From: Bigelowiella natans CCMP2755
Taxonomy: Eukaryota; Protista; Cercozoa
DNA length: 64,000 bases
Direction: 5' to 3'
Assembly: GCA_000320545.1 (NCBI GenBank)
Contig: ADNK01002524.1
Span: 1 to 64,000 of the forward strand
In this document: positions 57,470-64,000 of the stretch, piece after piece
Position numbering within the stretch: the stretch's first letter is position 1
How the letters are laid out: the number at the start of each line of letters is the position of its first letter
The notes under the pieces: generated by a model
Seen by the model: only the letters and a program-made list of their open reading frames with translations
The model's database searches: none
Told to the model about the DNA's origin: nothing
Position numbers and translations under genes: made by a program

Positions 57470-58932
57470 ACAAATCAAAAAACGAGTTGATTTCAATTTG
57501 AAAGAAGCAAAATAATTTTACGATTGATGAGTAATTAGAGTGACCGGACTAGACACAAGTACTTACTGGAATTTTCCGTCTCTCTTGACATTTGCTTTTG
57601 GCTTAAGTGAGTTCTTGAGAGCAGCAATCGCATTACCAGCGTTATGTTCCTATTATCGTGATGGATATTTAGCGGACAACATCGAGGAGGGAGAACATCG
57701 AAAAACTCAAAACCAAGTGATTGAGATGGAAAAAATACAGAAATTTCATGATTGAAAAGAAGATAGGCAGTTAAAAAATAATAGAATGTGAAAATATTAA
57801 GAATAATTTGATATTTACACACACCACACCTCGAAAAAGGCAACGGTTCCATTGATGAATTGCAGACCCAAGAGCACACCAAAATCAGGCCAATGAGAGC
57901 TCCGACCTATATGCACACATGTAAACATATAATTATTATCATTATTATAAAAGCTGTTAAGCTACTTCTTCCCCGTCACAAGCAGGAAAACCTCCTCCTC
58001 CTCCTCCTTATTTACAGCGAACAAAGCAGAGATAACACGATGGTAATAATACCCACCCGATAAGCACTGAATAAGCTCCACAATGGCAGCCAACCAAATC
58101 ATACAAGGCATAGGCCCCCAGAAGAAAGAGAGAAACTTAAGGATGACGCTTTCTTCTTTCTCAGGAAGCTGAAGACACGTCAACTCTCAGTGGAAGTGAT
58201 ACTAACGTGAACAACACGTTTAGTAGCACAACAGTGAGTGTTCCATCCATTTTAACCCATTTACAGAATATGTAACGTATGTTAAAATCACAGCAATTTT
58301 TGCTATATCACCTCGTTGTAGCCAAATTTAGTGAGGCGGTTCATTGCTTCTTCCGCAGTAAGACTATATCACCATTAGACAGAGAAATCTTTGTCAAACA
58401 GTGACGACATCGATGACAGTTTTTCGAGGCATACGCCTTAGTGGCGATTCATATGCATTATGAGATGCAAAACGATTTTTGTCATCATCTTATTTTAAGT
58501 ATAGTCTAGGAACAACCCGTCTTCCCCCGTATTCATGAGCTCTGCATACTAACAAACAGGTATATTAATCGTCAGCAATTCGAATTAAGTGCAGAACTAA
58601 AATATGCTGCTACCATCTTCTCTTCGGCTTCGTCACTCATTATTGCATTGCCTACACATGTCAATAAAACCCGGTTGAGTTATGAGCTGTATAGCACTTG
58701 TTCCAATTTTTATCAACGAAAAGAATTTGTCATAAAAAATCAAAATATATTTGTTCCACTCATTTGTACCTAATTCAGGATCCTTCCCCGTATCTGCTCC
58801 TCCTTGATATCCACCGCCACCATTCCCTTTGGTTTCTGGCTTGTAATCAACCTTGTCGATATCGGTAGTAACGGTGGAGTACCCTTCTCCTTTCCCAGCC
58901 GTTAGCCGTGCTTTCTCTGCCTTCTTTGGCAT
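52585..58932 (-). CDS. Plasma-membrane P3A-type H+-ATPase, multi-exon
   Basis: [47 protein letters not shown] (phosphorylation Asp), FLPFDP, KGA, DPPR, MITGD and [15 protein letters not shown]. Confidence 0.93.
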
Positions 58933-61015
58933 CGTGAAATGACGGCACTTCTAAAATTTGGTGGTTTTGGAAAATTTATGTATGCACGTTATCCCCACAG
59001 AAATCACCATTCGAAGCATGGAACTACACTCATTATTAGATCTAGGCGCCATGCATACACTAACACACCTGCTGTTTGAAGTCTTCCCAGAATAAATATC
59101 TTTGTATTTTTGCCGTAGATCTTCGTTTGTATTCCAAATGTATGGGCATTTCGTCATTAAGACAACATCTGTATGAGTAAATCTGATCTAATTTACATCC
59201 TCTTATAAACCCTAAACCTTGTGTAACGCTTGGCGCAAAAAACTATTTTCATGGAAGAATACCAGTAGGAACTTTTGGCAAAAGTATACTACGACAATTT
59301 TGTCGACAAGCGTACATGTAGCAATGCAGCTCAAGCCGACATTCATTTTTTTTATCTACGAATAGATCTAGATCTACAGGTAGATCTAATGTTAAAAAAT
59401 AAAAAAATATCACAAAAAGAAATATAACCGCCTTGGTTCAAACTTAACACTGTCAATACCGGTCATTAACAAACATTGTATGACCTTTTTGTCGTACATG
59501 GACAATGGACTACGCTTGGATGGTCCTCCTACATACTTGAAGGTTTTGACTACACAAGCCACATACGTCGTACGCCTTTTTCTTTTGCCCTAGTTTCAAA
59601 AATTCCAAAAGAGCATGGCATTTGCTGGAATGAAATTTAGCTTGAAAACTCGGCGAAGTTTCAACAATTCCCCCATCATCGCAAGCTTTCGTCTTCTGCT
59701 CACATCTGTACCATTTTTTATGAAAGTATTCGCAAGTTGTTATGGTGTAGAAAATGATTCACAGCAAATTTATAAAGCAGAAGAGTGGTGAGAATAAATC
59801 GATTTCACTAAAAAATGTGTAAATGTTACGATGTTTCTAGAAGATGTTTCTACAAGATCTATGGAAACAAAACTTGTGCGACAATAAGTAGATCGCTGCA
59901 GCAACAAGAAGCGGTACGGTAGGAGTACTCCTCCTCTGTTCGTACGAGTATCATTATTATTGTTATTATTATTATGGTTACATTCCCATGCGATTTCCAT
60001 AGGATTTAGGATTTTTTCCCCCAAAAACATTGGAAATATTCCGGTCAATGCACATGTTGAGTTAAGCCCTTTGGAAATTCAACACTTTTCAGAGCAGCTA
60101 TCATCTTAATATCCTTAGCGAAGAAGTCTTAATTAAAGATGCGACAATGAAATTAATGCTTTAATCAATATAAATATCATGCAGGTCTCGTTTCAGGTTT
60201 AGAGTCGGAGATTCCCTATTCTGAGAACTTATCTGGAAAGTCAACTAAGAGCTGAGCTCTGTACCGACTGACGAATAAGTGAGGAGCAGCTAGGTGAAAC
60301 TTATTGGGGAGGTAGAGAGGTTAAACTGAGTTTAGATAAAGTTCTGTGCAATTTGTCGTCGAACATGTGGAGAGAGCGGCTCCCAGATTCGATGATAGAA
60401 AATGAATTCTGCAAACTAGCCGGCAAAAAAAATTGAAAACCTTGGCTTTCCGATGGCAACAGATTTCTTTTTTGCGTACATCTAAAAAATTACAACGAAT
60501 AGTATCGGTGTGTTAGCCCATATGATGATTCTGGCCGAATTATTATCCAATGCAAATGTTAGAAGCAATAGCTAATATGAGCGAGTGGATTAGTTCGCCA
60601 ATAAGGAATAATAATAAGAATTAGTTCGCCAATAAGGAATATATGCCAAGTGTCGATTCGAGCGCCGAAGTCATGCCAGCCACCAAAGATCATGATTTTC
60701 GGTCAATGGGAATGACCAGGAAATCACGCTGGCAGATACAGGCTACTATAGTAGTCAGGCATTTACGAAACCTGAAGAACCTTACTTAGCGTGAGATAAC
60801 TTTCACATTTCTAGCTACTCACACTTTCCATCCTCACGTCACTAATCCCAATCCCCCTTCTATACTGGTTCTGTGTTTTATCTTTCTTTTATAATAGAAT
60901 ATTGCAAGTGCAAAGTAACAAAAACTCCCTCCCTCGACGTACAATTCGTCGATACGTCTTGGACACTTAAAATTGATAACAACGACGATAATACACAAGG
61001 AGCAAACAATCAAGT

Positions 61016-61057
<42 letters not shown>

Positions 61058-61323
61058 ACAGTAGTAGTAGTAGTAACAGTAGTAGTAGAAGAAGAAGAAG
61101 GAGGGAGGAGGAGAAGAAGAAGAAAGAAATAGTAGTCTACGAGTCCTTTGAACAAAGTCAATAGTGTCATCATCAGTACTACGATTAATTGAAAGAAGTC
61201 GAAGGAATTAAGTAGCGGGGTTGGTTGACTGACTCACTGACGGCAAGAACAAAGAATAATATTACACAACTTATTACTTCTTTGCAGAATCAACAGACTT
61301 ATAGTATACCAATACAATAAGTT

Positions 61324-62223
61324 ATGCTGATGACGGAGAGGGAAACAACGGCGAGAAGGATAAACTTTCCTGTTAAAGCAGCAACCATCGTATTTGTTAT
61401 ATCTACTGTCGCTGCAAGTGCAGCATTCTTGTATTATGCTGATGGTGGAGACCAACGCATTCTTGCGTCTCCAAGAACTACAATAGCAGCAGCATCACCA
61501 CCGGTACAGAGTAGTAGTAGTAGTAGTAGTAGGAGGAGGAGTGGTACACCACAGAGACGTCGTTATCTGATGAAGGTTGGAAGAAAGGGGCATCATTACC
61601 AGGTATCTGTTTATCTATCTACGGCAGTGGTTGCTAAGTTACACAACTACGATTAAGAAATCATGTTAATAGTGGTAGTAGTTTCCGCTGCTGCTGCCAA
61701 GATGATTGATTGATGACATAGGAGCGATGAGTTTGGTGCAGCTGCTGCTTCCACGAGTTTGCATACACTCTTCTCGTGTTTCCCTTTAATTTCATATGAT
61801 ACTGATATCGATTATTGAATTCGCATATATCGTCTTCATCCGTTTTGTAAGGAGGAGTCGTCGGCCTTTTCTGTTTCATTGAATCATCTGAAGCAACAAC
61901 AGAGAAAAGGCAAGATTTCAGAAGTTCTTCGGGCTAATGTTGAGGTAAATAATCAATCTTTGATGAGTACTCAAACAGAGGAATGGACGTTATGATAAAT
62001 GGCAGCCCAATCTATCGACTCCACGTCTTCTTCTTCATCATAGACAATATTTTATTAAATTGATATGATATTGTTTTTCTTCATCTTCTTCTCGTTCGAA
62101 ATAGGTTCCATCTTCAGATATTATTGAAGCCGTTTCATCTTCTGCTTTACATCTCAAGGATCTTCATGATAGTTTATTATCATCGACAGGAGAAGGAGTA
62201 GTAGTTCATCATCAGGTATATAT

Positions 62224-62286
<63 letters not shown>

Positions 62287-62990
62287 AGCATGAGCAGCAA
62301 AGAACGTGAAGAGGAACCATATATTCAGAATACAGCAGAACTAAATAGCACCATATAATAGCGTCACTACTGCGTATTATTACTGTACTGTATGATGATT
62401 TCCTTACTTCTCCTTCTGTTGTATACTATGTGTTTAATGAAACAATCAGCTCCACGACGAAGCTACCACTACTACTACAGCAGCAGCAGCAGCGCAGCAA
62501 ATGTTTGATTTAGCTTCCGAGCCTGTTGTCCTTCCATGTCATCGAATGCGATGTAAGAAGAAACAACACAGCTACAATAACTCATTTTGACAGCACCAGC
62601 ATCAGGAGCACCATCCCATAATTGAATTCATCATTAATGTGGTGGTGGTGGTGATGATGATTATGATGATGATGATGATGATGATTAACGTCGTGGTCGT
62701 AATCATCCTTTTCGACACCACCAAACCCCACCACCACCTAACCCTCTTCACTTCTTCTTCTTCTTCTTCTCCTTCCTCTCTTCAGGCACAACAGCACAAC
62801 CTGCTACCCCAGGATTAAAAAAAGCGGTTAGTTTGTTTGTTTTCTAACGATGTCTTCTAACTACACCACTACTGCTACTACACTTATGTTATGGATGCAT
62901 AGTAAGTAGTAGTAGTAGTAGTAGTAGTAGTTTTGTAGAATTTTGATACTTTTTTTCCATAATGTTTTTCCTTCCTTCCTGCCCCCCCCC

Positions 62991-63033
<43 letters not shown>

Positions 63034-63397
63034 TCATACTAGGGTGTTGCATTGCTCTCAGCACTGTTCTTATACCTTACGTCAACACCGGGAGTGCTGG
63101 CTGGAGTCTTAGACATGTATGATGTCAAATCAAGAAGAAGAAGAAGAAGAAGAAGAAGAAGAAGAGAAAGAAGATCATTTCTAGTAGTATTGACATCATT
63201 ATCTTACATACATCTCTTTGAAATAAATAAATGTATGTTGTTGTGATTGAATGATAACAGTGATAGTCATCACCACCGTCCTAATAATAGGTATCTAATC
63301 GCCCCAATCCAAAGACTCATCGAGCCAAACTTCAAGTACGTGTTACTTTCTGTGTGTGTGTGTGTGAGTATGTGTAGTGGATGATGGTAATAATAAC

Positions 63398-63433
<36 letters not shown>

Positions 63434-63877
63434 TAAGAGATGATGACCAGTGTTGATAATATCATCGGTGTAGTGATGAAAGGGAGAGAGGGGGGGGGAG
63501 GGAGGGGGCGGGGATAGAAGAAGAATAAGAGAGGATATAATATGATAGAATATGCTGGTGTCAAAATTCATCATACAATCAATCTACATTTGTTTCTGCT
63601 ATTTCACTATTGATTTATCATCATCATCATCGTCATCGTCATCGTCATCTATCATAGTAGCAGAAGTAGTAGCCAGCAGCACTTCATCCTCACTCTGTCC
63701 TTAATGCTACTACGACGGAGTTAAGTGGTTATTTTCATTCATCGCATTATCGTGCATGGTGTTTCAGATATAATCTTGACGATTTAGCTATTGGAAAGAT
63801 GATAGCTGAGGGCGGATTTGGAGAAGTATATAGAGCTACGCTCATTGGCAAAAAGCAGACACGAGATGTATGTTAGG

Positions 63878-63922
<45 letters not shown>

Positions 63923-63937
63923 ATTTATGTATGTCTG

Positions 63938-63974
<37 letters not shown>

Positions 63975-64000
63975 CGCTATACAACAAATTTCTTAAGTAA
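61324..64000 (+). CDS. STN7: STN7/Stt7-type thylakoid state-transition kinase, 5' part (runs off the window)
   Basis: Signal-peptide plus transit-peptide-like leader; LPCHRMRC (lumenal CxxxxC); TM helix GVALLSALFLYLTSTPGVLAGVLDMY; kinase start YNLDDLAIGKMIAEGGFGEVYRA. This matches the STN7/Stt7 layout. Confidence 0.8.

Overview
This is the left end of a eukaryotic chromosome, probably a secondary-plastid alga such as a chlorarachniophyte. That assignment is inferred from the TTAGGG telomere, bipartite targeting leaders and an STN7-type kinase. A (CCCTAA)n telomere joins directly onto an intron-containing Tc1/IS630-like DDE transposase, into which a full-length Ty1/Copia LTR element has inserted. 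Intron-rich host genes follow: an ARL GTPase, ECD/SGT1, an EB1-like gene, a MOB1-like gene, MED21, a CBS/cysteine synthase, a P3A H+-ATPase and STN7/Stt7. There is also a Crinkler/RHS-like NTPase+REase gene with a decayed paralog. The main finding is a candidate RIP-like genome-defence system acting on adenine. Six blocks, mostly repeat-derived (about 0.15-8.1, 11.8-16.5, 28.0-30.3, 35.2-36.7, 41.3-41.6 and 48.1-52.2 kb), are strongly depleted of TpA, almost completely in the largest ones. TpA has become TpG or CpA, i.e. A-to-G on both strands. TAG-containing sites are largely spared, there is a weaker A-to-G signal at ApT, and CTAG is locally amplified. The 1578-aa Copia ORF keeps only one tyrosine (YVDD reads HVDD). 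Diverged repeat copies within the window show both the direction of change and its independent, two-strand nature. This is the mirror image of fungal C-to-T RIP. A base-calling artefact still has to be excluded with raw reads.
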